The notes below the pieces were generated by a model. That model was not told the origin of the DNA. It did no database searches and was given only the letters and a program-made list of their open reading frames with translations. Positions 41,725 through 55,848 of a stretch of 64,000 bases of DNA are shown here, piece by piece. The stretch covers positions 1 to 64,000 of the forward strand of contig JALMLS010000564.1 in NCBI GenBank assembly GCA_038496445.1, written 5' to 3'. Made by a program: the position numbers and the translations under genes. Each line of letters opens with the position of its first letter. The first letter of the stretch is position 1. Source of the DNA: Trichosphaerium sp. ATCC 40318 (taxonomy: Eukaryota; Protista; Tubulinea).

Positions 41725-44196
41725 ATGCTTCGTTGTAGCATATTGGCGCTTGTGGTATTACTACTATGGTCAGTACACGCTCAAAATCCACCAAAACCTC
41801 ACGTGGTCTTTATTTTGATAGACGACTATGGTTGGGCCAATATCGGTTATCATAGGTATACAAAACATACTTTAGCTCGTTTATTTTCCTTTTTTCCGCT
41901 CCCGTGCGATTGGCAACTTTTTCTTCACTAAAACGTGCATGGAAGCGCATCTTTAACAACATTCGAGGTGGAGCTGGTTTGTCGCACCGATATCCTTATT
42001 TTTTGTGCTACTGTAGGAACCCGCCAACCAAAGAGGTTCAAACACCAAACATGGATGCTTTAGTTTCTGAGGGTATCGAATTGGATAGACATTACGTCTT
42101 TAAAGTAAGTTTACGCCTACTTTTCGAACATGTTTTTATCATGTCACGTGATATTTTTTTTACACGGACTTTTCCAAATCATTTTCCGGGCACTAGTGCT
42201 TCTATTTATCCTCACTCTTCATTGTAGTATTGTTCTCCTACTCGTGCAGCTGTTCAATCGGGAAGAAATCCTATTCATGTTAATGTACTTAACATTGGAG
42301 TGTCATATTATAACGCTACCGATCCTGTTTCTGGCTTCCAGGGCATTCCAAGGAATATGACGGGTATTGCTGAGAAGATGCAGAGTGCTGGTTATTCTAC
42401 GCACATGGCTGGAAAGTGGTAAGTTCTCGATCCTTTATGTACTCTGCTTACAAGCACAATAGGGATGCAGGGATGGTGAGTTGATTGACTAGTTTATCTA
42501 AGACGCTTTTAACACTTTAGGCAACACCTGACCATACACCCCACGGTAGAGGTTACAAATCAAGTCTTAGCTATTTCCATCACCTCAACGACTACTGGAC
42601 GTACGCACCTTTCCATCACTTTAAACGTCCACACAAAAAGCTTGTCTGACTTGAGAGTTGTTTTGCCCGGTCTAATTCTTGTGAAGTTATGAGGAAGGAC
42701 ATTGTTCAGATAAGGAAATAGTTGATCTATGGAAAACTGACGAACCAGCGTTCGCTCTAACAAATCCAAACACGTGCAGTCAAAAAAATCAAGCTGGTGA
42801 CTGTGTTTATGAAGATGCTCTATTTGAACAATACGTCTTTAATGTCTTAGAAAATCACGATCCCAAAACGCCACTCTTTCTTTTCTGGGCACCACACTCT
42901 ATCCACGCTCCATTAGAGGTATATAGCATTGCTTTAAATATCAAATTTAGTTTACAAGGCTATAGGTACCTCAGGAGTTCGTCGATAAGTTCTCCTTTAT
43001 TGATAAGGATTCAAGAAAATTGTACCATGTATGCTTTGTTTATTCTATTTTGTTGATATCTAACTTTTCTCAGGCTATGGTGAACTACATCGATGACCGT
43101 ATAGGAACAATTGTAAGTAAGCTTAAAGAAAAGGGAATGTATGATGATACATTGATTGTCATGTCGTCAGATAATGGAGGTCCAATCTATGGAAATGGTA
43201 CACTAAATATCTGTTAAGTTCTAACCCGTGATAAGGCTCTGCTGGAGCTAATAATTGGCCTTTAAGAGGTGGAAAAATGAGTAATTTTGAAGGAGGAGTA
43301 AGAGTCAATGCGTTCGCATCAGGAGGTCTAGTACGTGCATAATGTTGAAAAACATAACGTACTTCGTTTTTTTCTGACTTTTTTAAAAATAGATTCCCAA
43401 AGAACGTCGAGGAACAAAAGAAGAAGGCTATATTTGTGGTTGGGATTGGTATGCCACATTCTGTCATCTAGCAGGTGTTGATCCAACTGATGAGAAAGCA
43501 GCAAAAGGTAATACGATTACTCCAATTTACACAAACTAATTATTTTTGAAGCAAAGTTACCTCCCATTGACTCATTCAATATGTGGCCTCTGCTATCTGG
43601 ACAAAATAAGACAAGTCCAAGAAATGTTATTCCTCTGGGTAGTCCAGATCCACCTAGTATGCATGAACACGTGGTACCAACAACGGTAAATGGAATAATA
43701 GTTGGTGACTGGAAGGTAAACAAGGATTAACACCTAAACAAATTTGTTTAAACTTGAGTAGCTGCTTGTTGGTGATATTACTCAAGATTCATGGACCGGT
43801 CCACAGTATCCTAATAAAACAACGAATTGGAATTCATTAGATCATTCGCTGACTTGTGGGAATGGTGGATGCCTATTCAACATAAAAAACGGTAAGCATC
43901 AATTGTGCATGTTTATGGAACTTTTTTTCCTTGCATTTCTTGCCAAGCTGGCAACTTTATGTCTTTAACAAAACTGCCTTGTTTTCTCTAGAATAAACGG
44001 TTATAATTTCAATACAGATCCAAATGAGCACGTGGATTTGGCAAGCAGTGAGCCACAAAAGCTTGCTGAAATGCAAACCTACCTAAAGAATGCACAAGCA
44101 TCAGTTTTTAGCCCTTTGAGAGGAACAGAATCACCAAAAGCTTGCGAAGATGCTCTTGGTAAATACAAGGGATATTGGGGCCCGTTTGTTGAATAA
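41725..44196 (+). CDS. Secreted/lysosomal arylsulfatase (ARSB-like)
   Basis: Signal peptide, PHVVFILIDDYGW, formylglycine motif CSPTRAAVQSGR, GYSTHMAGKW, SSDNGG and NWPLRGGK..FEGGVR. Confidence 0.92.
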
Positions 44197-44469
44197 AACA
44201 CAAAATAAACCAGTCTCGTTCATGAAAACCCCACGTGACCCAGACTACTCGAAGATGGAGCGTACCTAGCTAACAAGCATACACATGGTACATTTTTAGT
44301 GCTTCAAGCAATCGCAAGCTCCGTACCATAAAATGCTAAATTGGGACTATACCTTCATCCGTTTTAGGTTTCCGTCAACGTAAAAGACTCTCAAAAGGAG
44401 GTTCGTCTAAATATGAAAGAGGCAGTTACAAAAACAAAGTCTTCATTTACAAAAGGATAAACAGTTTAT

Positions 44470-47400
44470 TTAGTGCTGTCCTGCTGCTTTAATACGTTGA
44501 AATACAGCACGGAATTTATCTCTATTTACACGAACTTTCTCAAGTTGTACTTGTAATCTCTCAGCACGTTCACGAAGTTTAGCAAGACCAAGATTGAACA
44601 TCTTCTCATACTCAGATTCTGATAATTTTCTGAAATGCTCAACAATAACAGGTCCCAATTTATCAAACCTGAAGAAAAACGTCAGAAACAAAAAAAAAAT
44701 CACAAAAGTCAACTAGAACTCTTGTCATAGCTAAGGTACAACATGACGTACATTGGTGATAAGAAGAATGTATTAAACTTGCTTCTAACACATTTTGCAA
44801 AGAAATATCTGACACTAGCATAAAGCTTCCCAGCGAATTGTGTAACAACTTCAAACATGTTCTGAAAAAAAAAAAGTCAGAAAGAAGTGCAAATAAATGT
44901 AGCACAAAAAACGGTTTATGCTTCCTTACCTGTTGTACATTTCTAGATCTGTTAGTTTCTGGAATTGTAGGTCTTTTGGTCTCCATAATGGCCTTTACTC
45001 TTGTTGATGTCTCCTCCTTAGAAACCTTGACATAATCATATCTAAAAAGGTCAGTTTAGTCAATAAACATCTTCAATGATAAACAATACGCACTCTTGAA
45101 GCTCAGAAATACCAGTGAGTAAATCCCAATCAAGAACTTTTGTAAAAGTCTCAAAATCATTTAAAAGATGTGTTTCACATTGCGTTGAAACATCCTCAAT
45201 AAATGAATCAAAAGTCTTTTCTAACTCAGATATAAAGTGCTCATACTGGCCTACAAAACAAAAATCAACAAAACTCAATCTCTAACGTCAAAATAGCAAA
45301 GAAAAATAAAAAAGAAGTCATACCCAAAATGCCAAAGCTATTCGCTTCTTCACGAACAATGACATCAATAGCAATAGGCATAAGACGTTTCATAACATAA
45401 CGACATCTGTTTAAGCATATAGGTATCAAAGGCAATAAAGCTTGTCTTGACTTAGCCTGTACAATATCGGAAGCCTTTAAAACAAGAAGTGAGAAAACAA
45501 AAAGCGAAAACAAACTACAAAAAACAAGTTGGAAAAAAAAAAGTATTGCCGGAGGTTTCAGCTTACTGCCTGTTCGAATAATGGTACATTATGGCTCTTT
45601 GATGTTCCCAATGCAGCAGCTACCTCATGTATAGATGTTCGAGGGAATTCCATGGAGTGAGCGACATACTCAAACTCATTTAATAGCCTCTCATATTGTG
45701 CACCACCTAGGACAAAATCAGTACAAGATTTACAAAGTCATGTAGTTGTTTAACATACCATATACTTTGTATTTACAATTCTGGATATCATAATCAATGT
45801 CAAAATCAGGCCAAGAATTAACACCAGAATTTATACGTTCACTAGCAAGAGTTTCACCGAACTTCTCTGGATTGCCAACAATAGATCCCTTGATGAAAAA
45901 ATCATGTTAACAATGACTTGCAAATAGAAATAAACCCAAATGGAGGTTGTGAGTACCTGTAACAATCTCTCTACTAGCCTCACGAATGATTGAATAAACA
46001 TTGAAACTTTTTGTCTTTGATCTGTGACATTGGCTTCATCAAGCTCTCTGTTAACAGCTTTAAGCTCAATCTCACTTTGTCTAACCATATTCTCCAGTAG
46101 ACGAAGCGTAGGCGTTACACTTTGAATGTACTTTTCCTATTCAGACAAAAAAACACGTGTTAATTTTCAAATCACGTGACAAACTAAAATTCAAACTTAC
46201 TTGTAAAAGTGATTCAAGGTATGTTTTAACACGGAACATGCCAACAAACTCCAAAAATCTACAAAAGGAGTTAGGGAAGTGTCAAGAAAAAGAAGAAGAA
46301 AAAAAACAAGATAAATTTTTGAAGTTTGAGTTTCGTACTTTTGTTCGTTGAACTGTGCTGTGAGAAGTTGCCTGTAGTCCTCAATATAACATCTTAACAT
46401 CTCTTCCTTGAAATGACGCGGTTGTAAATTACGTTGAACAGGCATAGAAACAAAGAAGATTTCTTTTCCTTTAAGTCCTTCTCCCTAAAAACAAACTTAA
46501 CATTTTCGAATTCCTTCAGCAAAAATCTGACGTACTACTAAGTATTTATCGGTTGACTCGCTATCCCTGAGTTCTTTGACACGATTATCAAATTTTGTAT
46601 TGACAAGAACCTGAAGGAGAGTCAACTTTGTTCAAAAAAAAAAAGAGCTAAAACAAGTTACAGCGTACAGTGCGTTTAAAGTCTGGATCAACTTGTTGTA
46701 CTATTGGCCTAGATACTGTGTTTGTCCACTCAACTGTACTCTGTTCAAGGCAAATAAGAATACGGTTCTTAGGCCTCATAATCTCCAAGTTCATTGCCCT
46801 TTAAAAAAGTTAACAAAGTTGTAAAAAGTTGAGACATACTCGATATCTTGAGCAAGCTTCTCTTTTACTGGATCATCTGCATGTAGACGGAAACCAGGTG
46901 TATCATATATAGTCAAATTCGCACAATGTTTATACTCTACACGCATAATAATCGGTTTTTTGCTCACCTGAGGAAAAAAACAGTTAATTCTCGGTTCGAA
47001 GAAAAAAGCAGCGTACAATGTTCCTATTTCCTCCAGTTGCTTCATCAGTACGCCTTATAATCTCTTGAGAAAGATAATTAACAGGTGCTTCGTAATCCTC
47101 AAAAGGATTCTGGCCTGGCTCAGGGTTCTCTTTACGGAAATGAACAAGAGGTTCTTCTCTTTTTGGATTATTCAACATCTGAATAATCAATGGTCTTCTA
47201 GTACCAATATTCGTATCAACCTATGTATTATCAACAACGACATATACCAATTGAACAAAAACAAACGAACAGAAATGAGGAATTCGACTTTTCATTAAAA
47301 ACGTACAATGTTGAATTGGAAGCCTAGGAGACCTTCAATGAAGCTCGATTTACCATCTGATTGCATGCCGACCACCACAAGTTCTGGTGTTTGGAAAGAA

Positions 47401-48137
47401 AGGTTTAAACTAGGAGAACAGTTCGAGTTAGAAGTCGAAGATTGATTTTCAAGAAAGAAAATGCAAAGGGTGGCTCGTACTCGCTTGATATGCCTTGCAA
47501 CTCATTGAAAAGTGCATAGAGGTCTTGATTTGTAGAAACTGACGTTTCAACTGATTGAGCCAAGCGTTTTCGCTCTTCTTCTACGCGTTGATGTATTTCA
47601 CGATAAAACTGAGGGTCTGGAGTGCTTTGTGGTTTATATTGGCGTCTTGGTGGGTTGGGACCGTTGTAGTTTGGTTGTGCTGTATAGTTTGCTGGTTTTT
47701 CCACCTCTTTTTGTACACGAGGGCGTTTTGGAGGCGATTCCTGGTACGAGTAAGCGGAAAACCGTTACTCGAGAATAATTTGAAGAATTGCACTTTGCGT
47801 TTTGTGTAATAACTCCTGTTACATGTCATAAAAGTATTTGTGTTAGTACCTGAGGAGGTGTGCGGTTATCTAGCTTTCTTTTTACGCCTAGAGAGATTTT
47901 AAATAATGGCGCTTTAACGTAAAGCGTTACAAACCTGTAATAGAGTATTCCGACGTGCTTGACAACGATTGAGGTTGTTGCATTCCTATTTCTTGGGCGT
48001 AGTGTCTGTAACGTAATAATTAGACTTTACAAGCGTTGTTTACGCGTTTTATACCTTGCCGAAGCTAACGCGTTAGCTAAAACGTCTTTAGACATGGGAC
48101 TTGTCTCGTTGTTAGTTGTAATCTCTAAATCTGTCAT
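44470..48137 (-). CDS. Dynamin-related GTPase of the DRP5/ARC5/Dictyostelium Dlp type
   Basis: Contains TPELVVVGMQSDGKSSFIEGLLGFQFN|VDTNIGTRRPL, LTIYDTPGF, LVNTKFD and LY|GGAQYERLL. The 5' exons were rebuilt in frame from MTDLEITTNN at 48137. Confidence 0.88.
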
Positions 48138-48326
48138 TGAAAGTACAGTCCTTGCTGTTGTGTTGACTGTGTAAAATTTTGGTTTGAAAGCTTTTGTCTT
48201 TTAGAGGAAAAGCGAAGATTTTGGCTGGCAAAATTAAAGCGCTACATTTCCACCCAATTTCGATCTGTTGCGCGTAGGGAGTACTGTACAGAGTGATTTG
48301 GACGTATTTGAAGTTTGGTATTTCCA
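48138..48326. promoter_or_regulatory. 189-bp divergent (bidirectional) promoter region between the DRP5-like dynamin and PMS2
   Basis: Head-to-head start codons at 48137 (-) and 48327 (+). Confidence 0.6.
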
Positions 48327-51300
48327 ATGTCAGCTAAAATAAAGGCAATAGCCAAGAAGGCTGTTCATAAAATATGCTCTGGGCAAGTTATTCTTGATCT
48401 GGCTACTGCAGTTAAAGAATTAGTTGAAAATGGTATAGACGCGGGCGCAACATCCATAGGTAACGTTACCAATCAAAGTATGTATTGTTGGTAACCTATT
48501 GGGCGTTATAGAGGTTCGTATAAAGGATTTCGGCGGAGAAAGCGTTGAGGTGCTTGACAATGGATCTGGAATATCACCAGGCGATTATGAGGCTATCAGT
48601 ACGCATATTACACATTCACACAAACTCAAAATGTCATTGCTAGCAAAACGTTACTACACGTCTAAATTACAAGAGTTTACAGACCTGGATAGTGTCACAT
48701 CTTATGGGTTTAGAGGGGAAGCACTAGCATCATTGTGCAATCTAGCAAACGTGAGTGTTGTCAGGTTTTACTAAGAAAACAGTTCGTCGTTTTTAACAAA
48801 CTCGGTTTAGGTTGTTATCACCACACGCACTGAAGGTGAACCTTCTGCTACACGTATAGTATTTGATAATCAAGGTAATGCTCATTTGCGAATACACAGT
48901 AACATGACACGTGACTAGGTAACGTTTGCAATAAAACACCAACTAGTGGCCGAAAAGGAACTTCTATTACGTTCCGAGACTTGTTTAAACAACTACCAGT
49001 ACGGTACGTAGCTCATTTTATATTCGTATAGGCCTTCTATCTTGTCCCATACCTGACGTTGGTTCTCATGTTAAACTATTTTAGGTACAAGGAGTTTCAT
49101 AAGAAAATAAAAACAGAGTTTCAAAAACTTGTAAGAGTTCTACAAGCTTACGCTGTAGTTCAGACAAATGTCAAGTTTACAGTATGTCACCAAAATAAAA
49201 AAGGGTACAAGCTTATTTCAACTGCACACATATTTATTCACGTGGGTTTTATATCTAACGATTGATGATTAGAAAGAAAAAAATGGTAATCACAACTACT
49301 GGCAAAGGAAATATGAGAACGAACATCTCTTCAATGTTTGGTAAAGTACTACCTCTTCTTGAACCAGTTGACTTTCAAAGTGAGAAACTACAGTACGTAT
49401 TGAATAGATAGTTGTTAAGATAGCAGTACTAATCGTTAATGGCTTTGAAATAGTATGTTTGGTTATGTATCTCAAATGACTTTGAAGTCTTGTAGAAACT
49501 CTGGCTTGCAACTTTTATCTGTAAATAAGCGTCCTGTAGACCTTCCTAAAGTATGCAAAGCAATATACGAAATATATAATATGTACATACCCAATAGAGT
49601 ACGTACTCAAGTTCTATCACCTCAATCGATTCTAACTTGACAAAATAAAAAAGGGATCAAAATATCCAATCCTCATTCTTAATTTCGAGCTTCCAACAAG
49701 TGCGTTCCTCAAGGCCTTTCAGACATTTATTTATCTATATTTATAGATACATATGATGTGAATGTGACCCCTGATAAACGTACTTTATACCTACACAATG
49801 AACAAGAAATGATCAGCGAAATACAGGTGACTTGCCTTCGTAGTATTTTTTTGAACTTAAACAAAAATTGGTTGTAACCATCTTGTAGAGTTGCTTTCTT
49901 AAACAGTTTGATCCTGGAGAAAAAGTTATTCCTACAAACCAGTTGAAACTGACCGACCTTACCTTTGCAAAGCAAGAGGAATCTGAAGAAGAAGGTACTT
50001 AAACAGATACTCGGTTCAAAAAAATTGATAACACTTGTTTAGATGAATACGAAGCGCCACCAGTTGTTCCAAAGTCTACACCTTTCTCAGCATTTGCAAA
50101 CTCTCCTTCTCAACCTCGTGTTTCTCATATCCAGAATACAGCGCCTGATTCACGTGATGCATCTCATTCTTCACCAAGAGCTAAATTAGATGCTCTTGGT
50201 TTCACTGGGTTTGCTGCTTTACGTTCACCAAGTCCTTCAGTAAAACGAAAAAGCCCATCAAGCAATTCAAAATACTTCGGGAAGAAGACTTCAAAGTTCA
50301 TTCAAGCAACGGATTATGCGTCTCAACCACAGAATGTACGTTACTGGATGCTTGAAAGAGTATATTTGAGAAGCTAATAGAATACTTAGCCAACTAGTTT
50401 GTTGACACTTGATCCTTCTTCAGCATCTTCAGATGAAGACTCTGTTTCTAATCTTTTACAAACAAAGCCACATAATGATCTAAAGCGTAAAGCACCTCCT
50501 TCGTATATGGACTATGCTAAACCTACAGGAGATGATACAAGCTTTTCTCTCCATTCGCCAGTAAGCAAACAACAATATTGGTGAAGATTTGTTTAACCAT
50601 TTTGTTTCAAGGCTTCAAAGAAGCGAAGAATAGATGCTTCTAGTAAAAGTAGCAGTGGTGGTAATAAGTTCTTTAAAAAGATGCCAAAGCCTGTATATAG
50701 TCAATCTGCGGATAGTAGTATGGATATAGATGAAGATCAAGGCGAATTAATTGAAATTGATGACGGTGATGTTGCGTTAGTATCAGAACACTTTGGAGCG
50801 TATGTATAACTCTTGTACAACTCTTTCTCACTCTATAAAGGTTCTATGATGATCCTGGTCAACAAGAAGATAGGCCTGTAATACCTGTTGCTTTTGATAT
50901 TAAAGATTATATCAAAGCAGTAAGACAAATGCACAAGGACTCTACTAAGAGAAAAGATGAAGAACAACAAAAAAAGAAGAGAAGATTCAAAGCCAAGATG
51001 AACAAGAGTGATAAAGGTACAGTCAATATATCTCTTTGAAATGCACGTTCATGCTGTTAATGTAATTTTACTTTGCATAGAACGTATCGAAGCTGAGCTA
51101 TCTCATCGTCTAAGAAAAGAAGATTTCAAAAAAATGAAAGTAATTGGTCAGTTCAACAGAGGCTTTATTATATGTAGATTAAATGAAGATTTATTCATTG
51201 TTGTACGCAATAATACTACCCTTTATGTTGTTGAGTTTCTCTTGCGCTGTATGAACCAGTAATAAGGGGCAGCAACTTTCCAACAATATGTTGACACCTC

Positions 51301-52152
51301 TTTTTTGTTGTTTAGGATCAACACGCTGCAGATGAAAAGTATAATTATGAACAGTTGCAAGCTAATACAAAGTTTACAACACAGAAAATGCTTAAACCTC
51401 TATGTCTCGGTTTGGACGCAACAGATGAACTTGTAGTAATGGAAAACCTGGATATACTAAAGTAAGTAAACAGGCAACTTTAAAGTTTTAAAGCAAGTAT
51501 TCTAAAGCATCCTATTTTAGGGCTAACGGATTCGATTTTGTTGTTGATCACAATGCTGATACTACAAAGAGAACTAAGCTAGTATCTTATCCTTTTAGTA
51601 AGAATACAGAACTCGGTGAAAGAGGTAATTAAAAGCCTTGTTTATTCTAGCAAGCCAATAACTGACTGTTTGCTTTCGTAGATGTTCATGAGTTGATATT
51701 CCTTTTGAAGGAAAGACCTGGGGCTATGGTTAGATTATCACGTGTTTCTGCTATGTTCGCTAGCAGAGCATGTCGTAAGTCTGTTATGGTCGGCACTGCT
51801 CTTACCTTTTCAAAGATGAGAAAAGTAAGTTGATATCACTTTGTATACTTTTCCTTACTTCGTTGCAGATTATGCTGCACATGAGCACTATGAAGAATCC
51901 TTGGAATTGCCCTCATGGTAGACCTACTATGCGTCATTTGGTTTCACTTCCAGATATGCCTAAACAGAAGAAAAGAACAGAGTCCAAACCGTTTACTTTT
52001 GATGAAAATGTATGTTATTAGTTAGCACGTGCTAAGTATTTTTTCTCATTTGTGCTTTTTAGGAAGACCTAGATTTTGTATCACAAGTAGCAAAGCCAAG
52101 TATTAAATTGCCAAAACCAGGTGAAAGATCATCAAGTCAGAGATACATGTAA
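48327..52152 (+). CDS. PMS2: Mismatch repair endonuclease PMS2 (yeast PMS1), MutL-alpha subunit
   Basis: Contains [49 protein letters not shown], the endonuclease motif [17 protein letters not shown] and [11 protein letters not shown]. Confidence 0.95.
50584..50684 (+). repeat. Source copy of the 101-bp dispersed duplication (intron 3' end + exon start of PMS2)
   Basis: About 95% identical to 5599-5699. Confidence 0.95.
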
Positions 52153-52393
52153 ATAATAAAAGAAAAAGAACTTGTTTCAAACTATGTCGTGACATGCCTT
52201 TCCTCAAAGTGTACCACCATAATCTCCCTTGTGAATTACCGTACAATTTCTGGTATGTTCGTGAGCTGTTACATCCGTAAACCTATGCTACTGTAATAAG
52301 GTTAACCACTCAATCAGGCGCTTTATGGCTTACCTTAAAAACAAGGTCGACTTAAAGTACCTTTCATTTGTGCATAAACTAACTGCTCTGAAA

Positions 52394-55300
52394 ATGACAT
52401 CAACGCTTGTTTTATTGCTTCATACGTTGCTGATAGCAACAGCATGTTCTGGTACCTCAAAAAAATCAGTTACCCTTCTTAAAAGGTTTGCTAGGCTCTC
52501 AAATCTCCTGGTTGTCTGATCCTGTACTTCCAAACGAATCGTTGATGATTCAAGGCAATGGGTTCGATTCTCATAGTACCGTTGAGCTCTCTACAGCTGT
52601 ACGAACAATTCTACGCCCACTACGAAAACAATATAGCGTTGTTCGCCATTTTAGTCGTTTTTAAAAGTTGAGTGAACAAACTTTTTCTAAAGCAACCGTT
52701 TTTGTATAAAACCTCTTTAATCCACGTGATCAAAAACAAAAGGCGGGTCAATAAATGCTCCGTCATTTTTTATTTTACTTTTCTGAAGAACTAGTGTCAC
52801 GTGACATAATCTGACTGATTTAATTCTGTAGGACGGTAAGTCAAAGGAGATGTTGACACCGGTACAGGTGAATACTACGTCTTTGGTGATCATTGTTCCT
52901 TCGACTTTTCCTCTTGAAGCTTATAAAGTTCGGGTTTACGATAGCTCCGCGAAAGAGTATTCAAACTCGCTTACAGCGAATCTTCCTTCGACTTGGTGGG
53001 TTCAAGGAGATGAAGGGATGTATGCTTCTGTTGGAGGCTGGTTACGTGTGTTTGGTACCTGCCTACACTTCCCTGAATCAACAGTCTCCGAGGAAGAAGA
53101 AAGACTCAAGAAACAACTTAACGTCCGCTTTTGCTTGCTTTGTGTTCTAATTCTAATCTACTTCCAGGATATGCTCACTTCTAATCCACCACTCTATGGA
53201 GACATCGCATCTTCTGGCATTCTAGAAAAGCTGGATAGTTTGAAATCATCTGAAAGCACATTTGTGACAAGGTTAAAGCTGGAAGGCCCAAAAACAGTAG
53301 AAATAACAGCTGCTCCCGAAAACGTTACAAACTTCCATGGTTACTTTGGATTACCTAAAGACTTACCTCCAGGTACCTCACTGCCTCTTTTATCCTAAAA
53401 ACAGCCAACTAATTTCCTTGATAGGTACATACACAGTCTCAGTCACTAATGGATTCAACAACGCTGAGTACATCACCCTCTCTTCGTTTGTCACGCAAAA
53501 ACAACCTCCAATTGAATACAAAACAATATCAAGCATACAAGTTATACAACCAACAACGTTTAAACAGGCTGTATTCAACGTACAAAAATACGGTCCTTAC
53601 GGGTACCCTCCTGTATCAGCGGATAAGGCTGTTCAAACAGCGTTACAGGAAGCGAGAAACAACGGTGGAGGTGTTGTGTACTTTCCAAGGTAAAGCACTT
53701 TTCTTCTTGTTTCTTTCGAACAATTTTCTCACGTGATTTAGGGGCAACTATTTTCTATCTCAACCAATTCTTGTTCATCCTGGGGTGATAGTGAAAGGAG
53801 AAGGTAGAGACCTTGTATCAATATTCTTTAAGGAGGAAGATACAAGTTCTGCACCTCCAGCTTATTTCGGATTGGATGAACCAACTGCTCAAGGTGCCAA
53901 TCTAAACTTACCAATTTGTCTTTTCTCCAATTGCCATTGTAGGTGCTTGGGCGATGGAAGATTTTTCAGTGTACATAACAGCCTTTCACCATAGGTACAA
54001 GTAACACCATTTTGATTATTACAGCGGTTAACTATCGTCTTATTTTAGCGTTGTTGAGTTGACAAATCAAACTACAAGATTCTGGGCTAGAAGGCTTCGA
54101 ATACGAAGTAATGCATGGTTTGCTCAGAACGAACAATTCACTCAAGTACGTTGTCTTACAACTTGTCTCTATTGTAATGTGGTAACTGATATGTTCTTTT
54201 ATCATAATAGACTCATGGTAGATGGGCTAATTATACATGGAAGGAGCCAGGTGATGTTTTCCTTATTCATGGAATGAACTTTGAAATAACCGATTGTGAT
54301 TTATATGGATCTTACAATGTTTTTAATTCTTATAACTGGGACTCTCTTCATAATCAGGTTAGATATTTTAATGTTCTGATGGTGTTAATGATATTAGAGG
54401 CATGGTGCTTTGTATGGGTATATCGCTAGAAACACTATTTGGAATGCAGGAAGTTCACATTTTATGAATCAATGGCAACAAGTTATTTTCGAAGAAAATA
54501 CAATAACAGGCACTGCTCTAATGGCAATGGGTAATTCTGTTGGAACTGCTAATGGAGGTGTTGCACAACATATATATGACGCCAATAACAAGTTACAATT
54601 TGTATGGGGAAACGACAGAGAAGTCATAACATACGACAATGCAGGTTCGGGATGAGTTTTTTCAGTGTTTTAATCGATCTTGGTTCTTTTGAAACAGAAA
54701 AATAACCTCGTTCCTTCTTAGTGTTTGACAACGGATACTTTTTGTGACACATCAGTTTATGTTGTTTAGGCGCTGCGTATTATGGTAAGCTTGCCAGAGT
54801 GGATGGCACTACACTAACCACTGTTGGTGATACAAAACCTACGACCACTGAATGGAGTGGTTGGTTCGGAGGTACTATAGTAGTACTCAGTGGTACAGGC
54901 GCAGGACAATACAGAAGAATTGTAACTCCTGGAATCTACACAAAAAATACACCATCAAACAGAACTTGGGTTATCGATGAGCCTTTCCTGATACCTCCAG
55001 GTACAACATTTTTATGGCTATTTATTTTTACCTTTCATTTACTAATGAAAAGTCGCTAGGTCCTGATTCTGTGATAGAGATTATGCCGTTCAGAGGACAA
55101 AATATTTTTTATCAAAATTATTATAAAGATGTTGGTGCTTTTCAATTTTACGGACATGCTACTGAGAATATTGTATCTAAATGTAAAGGTGAACGAATGA
55201 CTGGATTTATATCATGGGGTCAATGGCGTCCACCAAAGACAAACAAAAAAAACCTAGGCGGCGAGTGCTGTCAAGTACGATTTCAAAAACAACCGTCTCT

Positions 55301-55668
55301 CTGATTCTTATATTTTTCTTCTTTTTAAGGGCATGCAACCTAACTTGATGATTCAATTCCTCGATAATGAGATTGTTGAAGGTAACAAGGTTGTAAATTA
55401 CAACTATAAAGGTGGTAATAACGCGTTTTATGATGGCAACTCGATCGTTGCACTTGGTGGTACAAGTGCATCACCACTGAACATGTTTATTGTTATAAGA
55501 AAAAATACTATACAATCAAACGGAGGTATATCCATCGGAGAGAATAATGCGAATATTATTGTTGAAGGAAACGTAATACTACAATCAGATAAAGGTGTTA
55601 CGGTTGATCATAGAACAGAAGGTATATACCAAAGCCAAAATTGCTGGAGTCAAACAACTTCATGCTAA
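52394..55668 (+). CDS. Secreted pectin-lyase-fold (right-handed beta-helix) protein with Ig-like N-terminal part; putative polysaccharide-degrading enzyme
   Basis: Signal peptide, SDPVLPNESLMIQGNGF and WWVQGD...GGWLRVFG. The pectate_lyase_3-like start FNVQKYG...ADKAVQTALQEARNNGGGVVYFPR|GNY...IVKGEG is followed by NxI ladder repeats. Confidence 0.75.
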
Positions 55669-55848
55669 ATTTGTTCTCGCTAAAAAAAAACGTGAGAACT
55701 TCAGCCAATAAAACTTCAACACGTGGCACTACAACACCCCAAACTCGCTTAATATTTTTTATTTATCTTTTGTACAAACGAATAAGGTTATAAGGCACTA
55801 CATAACAGGTGTGATAGAGCCTCAGCATAGTACTAACAAAGAAATTTG

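Noticed and set aside
44343-44357. GGGACTATACCTTCA resembles the U3 snoRNA 5' end (+) or a group I intron S element (-)
   Set aside because: No U3 box A (GAUCA) follows, and there is no GACUA R partner upstream on the minus strand.
44222-44492. Possible small spliced ORF (MKTPRDPDYSKMER...) between the sulfatase and dynamin genes
   Set aside because: It starts about 25 nt after the upstream stop, overlaps the convergent gene and has no recognisable motif.
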